64,000 bases of DNA from Sphingobium sp. Its GTDB lineage: Bacteria; Pseudomonadota; Alphaproteobacteria; Sphingomonadales; Sphingomonadaceae. The stretch is from positions 81,303 through 145,302 of the forward strand of contig DASVMZ010000022.1 in NCBI GenBank assembly GCA_036384115.1, in the 5' to 3' direction. The notes under the pieces were generated by a model. The model had not been told where the DNA came from, did not search any database, and was given only the letters and a program-made list of their open reading frames with translations. The position numbers were made by a program, and so were the translations under genes. Within the stretch, counting starts at the first letter, position 1; every line of letters starts with the position of its first letter. Positions 1-8,882 of the stretch are shown piece after piece.

Positions 1-1
1 C

Positions 2-901
2 TTCTGGCATATCCCCATGATGAACGACGTGCGCCGCAATGACGCGTTCGAGGCAGCGATCATCGCCGCCATCGCGCACAAAGGCCCCGGCGCCCGCGTC
101 CTCGACATCGGCACGGGCAGCGGCCTGCTGTCCATGATGGCCGCGCGTGCGGGCGCCGGCCCCGTCGTGGCCTGCGAGGTCGTGCCGATCATCGCCGACA
201 TGGCGCAGCATATCGTCGCGCAGAACGGCTATGCCGACCGGGTCACGGTCCATGCCAAACTGTCCACCGAGCTGTCCGTCGGCGTGGAACTGGACGAACC
301 GGCCGACATCCTCGTCTCCGAAATCCTGTCGAGCGACCTGCTGACCGAGAATGTGCTGGGCAGTTTCGAGGACGCGCATGCCCGCCTGCTCAAGCGCGAC
401 GCGACCATCATCCCGCGCGCGGCCAGCGCCATCGGCTGTCTGGTCGAGAGCGACGTGCTGGCAAGCTATTCCTTCGTCGGCGAGGTGTCGGGCTTCGACC
501 TCTCCCGATTCGGCGACTTTGCCCCGCAAAAACTCCCTATCCATGGCACGATGACCGACTGGCGCCGCCTGTCGGCCGATGTCGAACTGCTCCGCATCGA
601 TCTGACCCAGAAGCGCCATGACAGCGCGCTCCAGCGCCTCAGCATCGACGTGGCGGAAGACGGCGTCGCGACCGGCATCGTCCAGTGGATGCATGTCGAC
701 CTGGCCGAGGGCGTGTCGTTCGACAATCATCCCGACGGCTATACCGACGGCGGCTGGTTGCAGGTGCTGCACGCCTTCCCCCAGCCCATCCGGGTGCGCG
801 CGGGCGAGACGCTCGATTTCGCGGTCGGCCATGACCGCATCACGCTCATCGTCCAGCCGCTGGAGATCGCGTCAAGCAAGGCCGTCACCCAGGCGGCCTG
901 A
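2..901 (+). CDS. PRMT-like SAM-dependent protein (arginine) methyltransferase, 5' end outside window
   Basis: Frame is open from base 2 (FWHIPMMNDVRRN, like the PRMT7/9 WHxxMLNDxxRN helix). Motif I VLDIGTGSG, post-I VACE, double-E loop SEILSSDLLTE, motif III LKRDATIIP, and a C-terminal beta-barrel segment with GIVQW and GGWLQ. Confidence 0.8.
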   Translation, partial: FWHIPMMNDVRRNDAFEAAIIAAIAHKGPGARVLDIGTGSGLLSMMAARAGAGPVVACEVVPIIADMAQHIVAQNGYADRVTVHAKLSTELSVGVELDEPADILVSEILSSDLLTENVLGSFEDAHARLLKRDATIIPRAASAIGCLVESDVLASYSFVGEVSGFDLSRFGDFAPQKLPIHGTMTDWRRLSADVELLRIDLTQKRHDSALQRLSIDVAEDGVATGIVQWMHVDLAEGVSFDNHPDGYTDGGWLQVLHAFPQPIRVRAGETLDFAVGHDRITLIVQPLEIASSKAVTQAA

Positions 902-1200
902 TAGCACCCCATGCCAGCGGCGCGCCTGATAGCGCGCATGCTGCCATGGTTGGACAGGGCACAGTCGGCCGCGACCGCGCGACCCGTGGCGATTCCCGGC
1001 CGACGACCCGTTACTTCGCCTTTATTTGCGCGAGCGCATTTTCTTGCCCGCCCATGCTTGCAATAGCCTGATTCGATCATGGGAGAGACGGTTATCCCCC
1101 ATTGTATTCCCTCACTCTATGGGTAGCTTTCCCTTACCGAAAGCAGGAGTGACATGCCCGGCATCGACTGCCGCAGCCGCTCCGCCAAGGGGAGGGTCAT

Positions 1201-1482
1201 ATGGGCAAATTGGACAACGGCATTCACGCTCATTCTGCTTCCCGGTCCGGGAAGCAGCATTCCGACAATGGCGACTATGCCGCCTGGCCGATGCCGATCA
1301 GGCGGCGCACGCTGTGGGCGCGGATCAGGATGTTCCACTGGCCCCACACGCCAGTCCGTCCCGAGATCGACCGCAGCCTGGCCGACCGCATCGAACAGGG
1401 CGTCTCTTTCCTGTCCCGCATGGCAGGGCCGATCCTGCTGATTGCCGCCATGGCGGCGATCATCTGGTCCATCCGCCCCTGA
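1201..1482 (+). CDS. Small hypothetical protein with C-terminal transmembrane helix
   Basis: ATG preceded by GGAGGG; ends in hydrophobic ILLIAAMAAIIWSI; no family recognised. Confidence 0.45.
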   Translation: MGKLDNGIHAHSASRSGKQHSDNGDYAAWPMPIRRRTLWARIRMFHWPHTPVRPEIDRSLADRIEQGVSFLSRMAGPILLIAAMAAIIWSIRP

Positions 1483-1901
1483 GCGGCACGGGCGCAAAGG
1501 TTCTGCATATCACGCAGCAATAGGTATCTTGCGCCGCTGCCCGGCATTTCCTGAAAGCGCATCCGCACAATTTCGGGCCATTAGGGCTATCCTGGCTGGC
1601 GCCCGCGCGCCCTTACCCTACTTCGTCGCACAGATGATGGCGCTCAACGCAAAGCGTTGGCAGTTCCCGAAATGGGACGATAAATGGCACCCGGAACATA
1701 AAATAAAACCGCTTTGACGGACCTGTTCTCCGATGAACGCTTCTCGACTTCTGGGGCATCGAGAAAGTTGTTCTAAAGCAAATTATAAAACACCAAATAT
1801 ATTCATGGTAAACGTCCCGCTAACCGAGATTGATTGGGGAAGGGTAGTGTTCGTCAGGCAGGTTACATCCAACATTGGCTGGACCGGCGGACTATCCTGA
1901 A

Positions 1902-3059
1902 ATGCTTATGCCTGCATCAAGACGCGCGGTACTGACTGCCATGATCAGCATGCCGCTCATGGGGGCCATCGCGAACAACAGCTTTGCGAGCAAAGCTGGG
2001 GCGACTGGTGCGGAACCAGTGCGGGGAGAGGTGCGTCCGCGCCATGGCCAGATCCGCTTTGGCGCGGCGATCCGGCCCGACCAGCTTGATGGCGAAGGGC
2101 CGTTGCTGACGGCCATCCGCAATTGCGACATAGTGGTGCCCGAATATCATGGCCAGTGGAGCGCCGTGGAATGGGATCGCCATCAGCCCTGGTATGGCAA
2201 TTATGATGCCATATTGGCCTTTGCCGAGCAGAATGGGCAAATGGTGCGGGGTCACTCCCTGATCTGGGACCAGATGACGCCCGAATGGGCGAAAAAGGAG
2301 ATGCTCGACCATCGCCGCTGGAAGACGGTCGAGCGTCATTTCGAGACTCTCCTCCCCCGTTACAGCGGCCGCATCGGCGAGTGGATCGTCGTCAACGAGA
2401 TGATCGATACGGAGGATGGCGACAGGGGCCTTCGCCGGACCAGCTTCCAGCGGGCCTTTGGCAATGACTATGTCGCCAATGCGCTGCGATCAGCCCATGC
2501 GCTCGACCCGCAGGCGCGGCTGATGATCAACGAGTTCGGCACATGCCACGACAATCCCGTCGATGAAGCGCGGCGGGTCGCTCTGCTGAAGCTGGTGGAG
2601 AAGCTGAAGGCGCGGGGCGTGCCGCTGCATCAGGTCGGATTGCAGGGCCATCTGGAACTGGCGAAGGGCGCGTTGCCGCAAGCCCGGCTGGCGAGATTCC
2701 TGAGCGACCTGGCGGACACCGGCGTCACCATCGCCTTCACCGAGGTCGATGTGCTGGAGGACGACCGCTCCCTGCCGCTGGACCAACGCGACGCACGGGT
2801 GGCGCATATGGTCTCCGACCTGCTGGACGTGGCCCGCGCCCAGCCCGCGGTCGCCAGCGTGGTGACCTGGGGCCTCAATGACCGGCACAGTTGGTTACAG
2901 GAGAGGGCGCGGGAGACGGAGGCCGCGTTGAACTGCCTGCCGATGGACTGCACCCGCCTCAATCGCGGCCTGCCCTATGATGCGGAGATGAAGCCCAAGC
3001 CGCTTCAGGCCCGCCTTGCACGGGCGGTAAAGGATATGAGGACGGCGGGAGACGCCTGA
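1902..3059 (+). CDS. Tat-exported GH10 family glycoside hydrolase (endo-xylanase-like)
   Basis: SRRAVL twin-arginine signal; GH10 motifs RGHSLIW, WIVVNE (acid/base), GLQGH, FTEVDV (nucleophile), WGLNDRHSW. Start could be 1902 or 1908. Confidence 0.88.
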   Translation: MLMPASRRAVLTAMISMPLMGAIANNSFASKAGATGAEPVRGEVRPRHGQIRFGAAIRPDQLDGEGPLLTAIRNCDIVVPEYHGQWSAVEWDRHQPWYGNYDAILAFAEQNGQMVRGHSLIWDQMTPEWAKKEMLDHRRWKTVERHFETLLPRYSGRIGEWIVVNEMIDTEDGDRGLRRTSFQRAFGNDYVANALRSAHALDPQARLMINEFGTCHDNPVDEARRVALLKLVEKLKARGVPLHQVGLQGHLELAKGALPQARLARFLSDLADTGVTIAFTEVDVLEDDRSLPLDQRDARVAHMVSDLLDVARAQPAVASVVTWGLNDRHSWLQERARETEAALNCLPMDCTRLNRGLPYDAEMKPKPLQARLARAVKDMRTAGDA

Positions 3060-3088
3060 GGCGCCGCACCACCTTCATCCCCTGCCCT

Positions 3089-4225
3089 TTAGACGACAAG
3101 CTGGCTCTGGCGCAGTTCGGAGAGGCTCGCCTCCGCCCGGTCGACCGGCTTGCTGACACCGCCTACCCACTCGATCAGTTCGGCCATGCCCTGCTCGAAA
3201 TCCTGCTGCGGTACGATGCCGAACGTCTTTTTCAGCTTCGATATGTCGGCGAAGCAGTGGCGTATGTCGCCGACCCGATATTCGTGCAAAATTTCGGGCG
3301 CGATATTCTTTCGCAGGAGCCGGGCGAGTATGGCCGCCATGTCGTTGACGGTGATGGCCTGCCCGCTGCCAACGTTGAAATAATCCCAGACGCGCTGGTT
3401 GTCCTCCAGCACGGTCGCAAAGGCATTGGCGACATCGCGGACATGGACGAAGTCGCGCATCTGCCCGCCATCCTCGAATATCAGCGGCGGCTGGTCGTTG
3501 AGCAGGCGCGAGATGAAGATCGCGGCGACGCCCGTATAGGGATTGCTGAGCGCCTGGCGCGAACCATAGGCGTTGAACAGCCGCAGGGCCACCGTCGGTA
3601 TGTCGAGCCCGCGACCGACCGCCAGGAACATCTCCTCATGATCCCGCTTGTTCACCGCATAGATGGACGCAGGTTGCAGCGTCTTGTCCTCCCGCGTCGC
3701 CACGGGGCGAAGGCTGCGGCCCTCGGCCTGCAACTCCCACGAGCGGGTCTGCAACTGATCCCGGTTGCGCAGGTCCGGCGCGACGCGATTCTCCTGTGCA
3801 TCCACATATTCCCCCTCGCCATAAATGGACATGGAGGATGCGACCGCGATGCGCTCGACACTGTGCCTGCACCGGGACAAGGCCTCCAGCATCACCGCCG
3901 CACTCATCACATTGTTGCGGGTGTAGGCGATGATGTTGGTCATGCTCTGCCCGACACCCACCGACGCGGCGAGATGCGCCAGATGGGTGACGCCCTCCAG
4001 CGCATGCTCGAACGCGCCGGGGTCGAGGAGATTGCCCTGGATACGCCGGGCCTGCGGGTTGAGATAGACCGGCCACCCGTCTGCACCCATCTCCGCATCG
4101 CCATGCACCTGCGGCAGGAGCGCGTCGAATATGGTGACTTCAAAACCCCGTTCGATCAGAAGGTCGGTGAGATGCGAGCCGATAAAACCCGCTCCACCCG
4201 TTACCAAGACATGTTTTCTGGACAT
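3089..4225 (-). CDS. NAD-dependent nucleotide-sugar epimerase/dehydratase (extended SDR, WbiB-like)
   Basis: TGGAGFIG, ASSMSIYGEG, YAVNK (YxxxK), LRLFNAYG, RDFVHV, GDIRH. Start moved to ATG 4225 behind GGAG. Confidence 0.88.
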   Translation of the reverse strand: MSRKHVLVTGGAGFIGSHLTDLLIERGFEVTIFDALLPQVHGDAEMGADGWPVYLNPQARRIQGNLLDPGAFEHALEGVTHLAHLAASVGVGQSMTNIIAYTRNNVMSAAVMLEALSRCRHSVERIAVASSMSIYGEGEYVDAQENRVAPDLRNRDQLQTRSWELQAEGRSLRPVATREDKTLQPASIYAVNKRDHEEMFLAVGRGLDIPTVALRLFNAYGSRQALSNPYTGVAAIFISRLLNDQPPLIFEDGGQMRDFVHVRDVANAFATVLEDNQRVWDYFNVGSGQAITVNDMAAILARLLRKNIAPEILHEYRVGDIRHCFADISKLKKTFGIVPQQDFEQGMAELIEWVGGVSKPVDRAEASLSELRQSQLVV

Positions 4226-4281
4226 TACCCGCTCCATTTCGGCTCTCAGGCCAACCCGTTTTTTCCAGACCAATCCGCCTT

Positions 4282-5703
4282 TCAGGATGATCTCGTGTAG
4301 ACGACTCCATTTCTCACGACGTCATTATTGGCGTTGATCTTGCGCGTGCGCTCCCAGACCAGCCCCGTATCCTTGCGATACATCCGCCAGCCCAGCCACA
4401 ATGGCACGGTCCACACCAGCCAGAAGATCAGCAGCGAAACCGGGTTGATGCGGATCATGTACCACAGGCGCGCCAGGCGCCCTGGCAGGACCGTACGCGT
4501 GCGCTTCCACGCGACGGTATAGAGTTTCAGCATCATCACGGTGAAGCAGAAGAGATTCATCGCGGCCAGTATCAGCGACCAGGTCGGCAGCGGGCTGGTG
4601 CCCATGATCCAGCGGGCAATGGCCCAGATACCGATCGGAATGCCCACCGCATTCACCGACAGCGAAATGCAGGGCAGGAAATTGAGCCATGCCTTGAACC
4701 GCTCCATCCGGGTGAAGCGCAGTTCCTTGAGCGGTACGTTGAGCGACTGGAAGAAACCGGCCACCCACCGCTTGCGCTGCCGGATGCCATTGCTCAGCGT
4801 CTCCGGCACCTCCTCGATCAGGGGCGTGTCGATGAGGCCGAGCTTGCGCCCGTTCTTCCACAGACGCAGCCCCACTTCCGGGTCTTCGATGGTGATCCAG
4901 GGATGAAAGCCGCCCAGTTCGTAAAGGTCCGACGCCTTGAAGAACAGGCCCTTGCCCAGCACCCAATAGGGATGCTTTCCATCAGCGGTCAGATGGCCAT
5001 ATTTATTGGCGTCCCAGACCAGATGATCGAAGGCGAACCAACTCGCGGGAAGAGAATGCAACAGGTTGCCCGCGATATTCGTGGCCTGAAGCACGTCATA
5101 GTGGCGGATGCCCACCGCAGCGGCCTTGAAATGGTCGGGCGGCGGCGCGCTGTCGGCATCGATATAGTTGACCAGGAAATCGCCGGTCCCCGTCCATTCG
5201 CGATAGGTTGTGTAGAAGGCATAGATGAGTTGCCGCGTCTTCTTGGGCGGCAGATCGCGCACGCCGGCACGCGCGCCCCGGTTGAACCAATAGGCGTGGG
5301 GATTATTCCTCCACGCATCCCAGATCGGCTGCCAGCGCGAGTCGCTGGTGGGGGGGACGGTCAGCACCTCCAGAAAGAAGAACTCCTCCTGCAACCGGGT
5401 CAGGCTGGCGATCGTGTCGACATCGTCCGCATTGGGGATGGCGATGATCAAATATTTGTCGTGCGGATAATCCAGCCGCGCCAGCGCGTGGAAGGTCGTC
5501 CGCATCGTTTCCTCCAACTCCCGCAATACCGGGTAGAACAGGACGATATGGGGATAGTCATCGGCCCGGATATCGTGAATCTCGTCCATGTCGACCTTGT
5601 TCACGGGCCGCGAATAGAAATAGGTGTCGATGACCATGGAGAGCAGGTAAATTGCCTGCGTGATGAAAAATAAAGATACGAGAATCATGTCTGGATAAGA
5701 CAT
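4282..5703 (-). CDS. Processive-type membrane GT2 glycosyltransferase
   Basis: N-terminal TM helix, DAD, ED, QRKRW (D,D,D,QxxRW signature), several C-terminal TM helices; no PilZ domain seen. Confidence 0.88.
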   Translation of the reverse strand: MSYPDMILVSLFFITQAIYLLSMVIDTYFYSRPVNKVDMDEIHDIRADDYPHIVLFYPVLRELEETMRTTFHALARLDYPHDKYLIIAIPNADDVDTIASLTRLQEEFFFLEVLTVPPTSDSRWQPIWDAWRNNPHAYWFNRGARAGVRDLPPKKTRQLIYAFYTTYREWTGTGDFLVNYIDADSAPPPDHFKAAAVGIRHYDVLQATNIAGNLLHSLPASWFAFDHLVWDANKYGHLTADGKHPYWVLGKGLFFKASDLYELGGFHPWITIEDPEVGLRLWKNGRKLGLIDTPLIEEVPETLSNGIRQRKRWVAGFFQSLNVPLKELRFTRMERFKAWLNFLPCISLSVNAVGIPIGIWAIARWIMGTSPLPTWSLILAAMNLFCFTVMMLKLYTVAWKRTRTVLPGRLARLWYMIRINPVSLLIFWLVWTVPLWLGWRMYRKDTGLVWERTRKINANNDVVRNGVVYTRSS

Positions 5704-5755
5704 CGCACCAATCCTTTTTCTTCAATATTTCCGAATATCTGCCGACATCCTCGTG

Positions 5756-6745
5756 TCAGGCGTGAACCCTGTGCTTTTCGGACAGGATTTCATCACGGAA
5801 ATGCTCGATGGTATTTTTGAGACCCGAGACCAGATCGGTCGTCGGCTGCCAGCCCAGCACCGACCGCGCCTTGCCAATATCCGGCCGCCGACGCTTTGGA
5901 TCGTCGATGGGCAGCGGATGGTGGACGATCTGCGACGACGACCCCGTCATCTCGATGACAAGTTCGGCCAGTTCGACGACGGTGATCTCCGCCGGATTGC
6001 CCAGGTTGATCGGCCCGCGCGCGCGATCGTCGCTGTCCATCATGCACAGGAACCCGTCGATCAGATCATCGACATAGCAAAAGGAGCGGGTCTGCTGTCC
6101 GTCGCCATACAGGGTTATCTGCTCGTCGCGCAGGGCCTGGACGATGAAGTTGGAAACGACGCGCCCGTCATTGGGCTGCATGCGCGGCCCATAGGTGTTG
6201 AAGATGCGCGCGATCCGCAACTGGACGCCGTTCTGGTGGCAATAGTCCATCATCAGCGTTTCGGCGAAACGCTTGCCCTCGTCATAGCAGGAGCGGGGAC
6301 CGATCGGATTGACGTTGCCATGATAGGTCTCCTGCTGGGGATGGACCTCCGGATCGCCGTAAATCTCCGATGTGGAGCTGTGAAATATCCGGGCGCCGTC
6401 GCGGGCCGCTCTCTCCAGCACCCGAAGGACGCCCTCCGAGCAGACCCGCAGCGTCGCAACGGGATTTTCCTGATAATGAGGCGGCGATGCGGGGCAGGCC
6501 AGATTGTAGATGGCGTCGAAGCGCGGAAGTTCCGGCAACGGATCGACGAGATCATGCTCGATCAGGGTCAGCCGGCCATTGTTCAGATAGGGTGCGAGAT
6601 TGGAACGACGCCCGGTATGCAGATTGTCCACGCACACTATGCGGTGCCCCGCCTCGACCAGCCTTGCCGCGAGATGCGAGCCGAGGAAGCCTGCACCCCC
6701 CGTGATCAAGATGGTCTGCGTCTCGCTGCTTACCTGTCCATGCAT
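5756..6745 (-). CDS. uxs: UDP-glucuronate decarboxylase (UDP-xylose synthase)
   Basis: [68 protein letters not shown] are all typical of UXS. Confidence 0.92.
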   Translation of the reverse strand: MHGQVSSETQTILITGGAGFLGSHLAARLVEAGHRIVCVDNLHTGRRSNLAPYLNNGRLTLIEHDLVDPLPELPRFDAIYNLACPASPPHYQENPVATLRVCSEGVLRVLERAARDGARIFHSSTSEIYGDPEVHPQQETYHGNVNPIGPRSCYDEGKRFAETLMMDYCHQNGVQLRIARIFNTYGPRMQPNDGRVVSNFIVQALRDEQITLYGDGQQTRSFCYVDDLIDGFLCMMDSDDRARGPINLGNPAEITVVELAELVIEMTGSSSQIVHHPLPIDDPKRRRPDIGKARSVLGWQPTTDLVSGLKNTIEHFRDEILSEKHRVHA

Positions 6746-6849
6746 GACCCCGCCCTCCCTTATGCTTTTTCGACCTGCATCATGCCGGACCGAAAATGGT
6801 ATCGGTTTTTCCGACCCAGAAAAGCATTAGTCACTCGGGACAGACTTGT

Positions 6850-7030
6850 GTCAACTTGATGAAATCACACATATCGATTAAACAATATTGAGCAATCACA
6901 TTTAATTATGCAAAATCACATGCGCCTGATTTTGTAATAAAATCAGAGACATGTGTTATATTATTCATAACTCTAGAAATTTATTACAATTTACTGGAAC
7001 AATATTTATTATCACTCGCAAACAATGCTG
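6850..7030. promoter_or_regulatory. AT-rich promoter region upstream of uxs operon with AATCACA direct repeats
   Basis: Visibly AT-rich; AATCACA at 6863, 6894 and 6914, AATCAGA at 6941. Confidence 0.45.
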
Positions 7031-7062
7031 CCAGTCATGCCAAACCGTCCGAAGTCGCCTTC

Positions 7063-7659
7063 TCAACGGGAGAAAGTTGCGACTTCCCGTCCCAGCGACC
7101 CATTGATCGCCCCCATCTGCAAGGCAGCGGCGAAAGACGCATAGTTGCCGATATTTATCGTCGCATTGGTCTGTTGCAGCGCCTGTAGGTTGGCGGCGGT
7201 GTTGACGAGTACGTTCTGGAGCGCCCCGGCGCTTCCCTGTAACAGGGCGGTCTGTCCGCCATTCGCCAGATAGACCGGCGTACTGCCGACCAGGGACGAC
7301 AGGGACAGCCCGCCCACCCCGGACTGAAGCTCCGAGAGCGTGGCCGGGGTGATGCCCGCGCCGACCATCGTCTGGGTAGAGGAGCCGGACGCCGTCCAGT
7401 TCACCAATGTCTGCAACGCGAGTTGCCCGTCGATGAAGGTTCGTATGTCCGCACCAAAGGTGATGGACATGCCGCCCCAGTCGAAACCGCCATGCGCGGC
7501 CGACAGTTCGTCGTCGCTCATGGCAACCAGGTGAAGGCCCTTGCCGGTGTCGGCAAAGGCTGGCGCATCGCTGGCGTCACCCTGGAAAGGCGGCGCGGCG
7601 GCGCCAATGAGGGCCGCTGCCATCGCAAGCGCGATTCGGTGGGAAAGAGGGCGGATCAT
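7063..7659 (-). CDS. Secreted FapE-like protein with double-Gly-like motif and Asn/Gln-rich C-terminal repeat
   Basis: ATG at 7659 overlaps the C39 stop (ATGA); signal peptide; MSDDELSAAHGG; GALQNVLVNTAANLQALQQTNATIN. Confidence 0.7.
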   Translation of the reverse strand: MIRPLSHRIALAMAAALIGAAAPPFQGDASDAPAFADTGKGLHLVAMSDDELSAAHGGFDWGGMSITFGADIRTFIDGQLALQTLVNWTASGSSTQTMVGAGITPATLSELQSGVGGLSLSSLVGSTPVYLANGGQTALLQGSAGALQNVLVNTAANLQALQQTNATINIGNYASFAAALQMGAINGSLGREVATFSR

Positions 7660-8408
7660 CTGCTCGCTCCTATCGGAATGGTCGGCAGGATCTGCTGCTG
7701 CAACTGATAAATAGGCGGCAGATTGTCGGTTATGCTGGCGATCGAACGCACCCCCTGAAAGGTACGGATCGGCGGCGATGTCCAACGCTCCCAATCCCGG
7801 ACAGCATTGAACTGCGGCTGGTTTGCGGTAGGCGATGCGACCACGATGAGCGCGATCCCGCTCCACATCTTCTCGAATTCGGCATCGCCAAGGGTTATCA
7901 GCCCCCGCGCGGGATCGCCAAGGAGCACATTATTGTCCCGTGCGCCCTTGATCACCACGAAATGGGTGTAGCCCTTGACTGTCACCAGTGCGATCATCGG
8001 GCGACCAAGCTCATGGATATCCGCGACACCCAGATGATAGCCCTCCGCCTTGAACCCGCGCTGGGAGAGGTAATTTTTCATGTCGAGGAGCGAAAAACCC
8101 ATCTTGCGGATCTTCGGCTGATCACCCCCGTCCCACATCACCTTGAACGGTTCGGTCTCCTCGGTCGGAAGGCCATATTGATAGGTGAGAAGGGTGGCGA
8201 GCGCCGCGGACCCACAGCTGAAGTCGAAACGCTGGCGCACGATGGTGCGAAACGGAATCTCGGCCCAGCTCATGACCTTCACGGCCATGCCCGCCCCGCG
8301 ACCGGGTGCATCCACGATCATCTGTGCCCGGGCAGCAGGTGCGAGCGCCAGCATCAATCCGGCTGCGATCACACCCGCCTTATGGCATAGGGAGCCGACC
8401 CACATCAT
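7656..8408 (-). CDS. Stand-alone secreted C39 cysteine peptidase (FapD-like)
   Basis: Signal peptide; QRFDFSCGSAALATLL (catalytic Cys), GFSLLDMK, YTHFVV (His), GDPARG (Asp); no ABC domain. Confidence 0.9.
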   Translation of the reverse strand: MMWVGSLCHKAGVIAAGLMLALAPAARAQMIVDAPGRGAGMAVKVMSWAEIPFRTIVRQRFDFSCGSAALATLLTYQYGLPTEETEPFKVMWDGGDQPKIRKMGFSLLDMKNYLSQRGFKAEGYHLGVADIHELGRPMIALVTVKGYTHFVVIKGARDNNVLLGDPARGLITLGDAEFEKMWSGIALIVVASPTANQPQFNAVRDWERWTSPPIRTFQGVRSIASITDNLPPIYQLQQQILPTIPIGASR

Positions 8409-8409
8409 G

Positions 8410-8787
8410 TCAGTTGCCCAGATTGATGGTCAGGTTCATCGCGCTTTGCAGGTTGGCCTGCGCACCCGTATTGACGACGACATTGCCCATGCCATTGAAA
8501 TTGCTGAAGGCATTATCGGAGAAGCTGACCGCACCGGCTGTATAATTACCCGCGATCGTATTGCCGGACAGGCTGGATTTCAGCGTCTGATTACCGACGA
8601 CGATCGCCACGCCGCCACGGGCGCTGCCCAATGCGGCATCATCGAGAGCCGCCGGCAAAGCTGCTGGCGTTCCCACAGAAGCGGAATTCTGAGCATATGC
8701 GGGAATAGATGGCAGCATGAGCGCAGCAGCCGCGAAGACAGGCGCCGTCACGGCGATTCGGCAGAAGCTCTTGGTTGGAATAGACAT
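8410..8787 (-). CDS. Small secreted Asn-rich protein, putative minor/nucleator amyloid-like subunit (FapB-like)
   Basis: RBS AAGGAG; signal peptide ending AYA; LDDAALGSARGG; C-terminal NAFSNFNGMGNVVVNTGAQANLQSAMNLTIN. Confidence 0.72.
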   Translation of the reverse strand: MSIPTKSFCRIAVTAPVFAAAALMLPSIPAYAQNSASVGTPAALPAALDDAALGSARGGVAIVVGNQTLKSSLSGNTIAGNYTAGAVSFSDNAFSNFNGMGNVVVNTGAQANLQSAMNLTINLGN

Positions 8788-8821
8788 AACACGTCTCCTT
8801 CCCGGCATACCGGATAAGGTT

Positions 8822-8849
8822 CCCGGGCGAGTGGGGGCACTCGCCCGGG
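8822..8849. other. Perfect 12-bp GC-rich intergenic hairpin
   Basis: CCCGGGCGAGTG-gggg-CACTCGCCCGGG with no U-tract on the transcribed minus strand. Confidence 0.75.
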
Positions 8850-8882
8850 TAGGTGTAGCAACGTCAGACTTCCATCAGGCTG

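Noticed and set aside
1902-3059. GH10 as part of a xylan utilisation locus
   Set aside because: No xylosidase, TonB receptor, sugar transporter or xylose catabolism genes are adjacent; the neighbours are biosynthetic. Not fully excluded.
6856-6868. FNR/FixK box TTGAT-gaa-ATCAC
   Set aside because: Spacer is 3 nt rather than 4 and the right half-site is imperfect.
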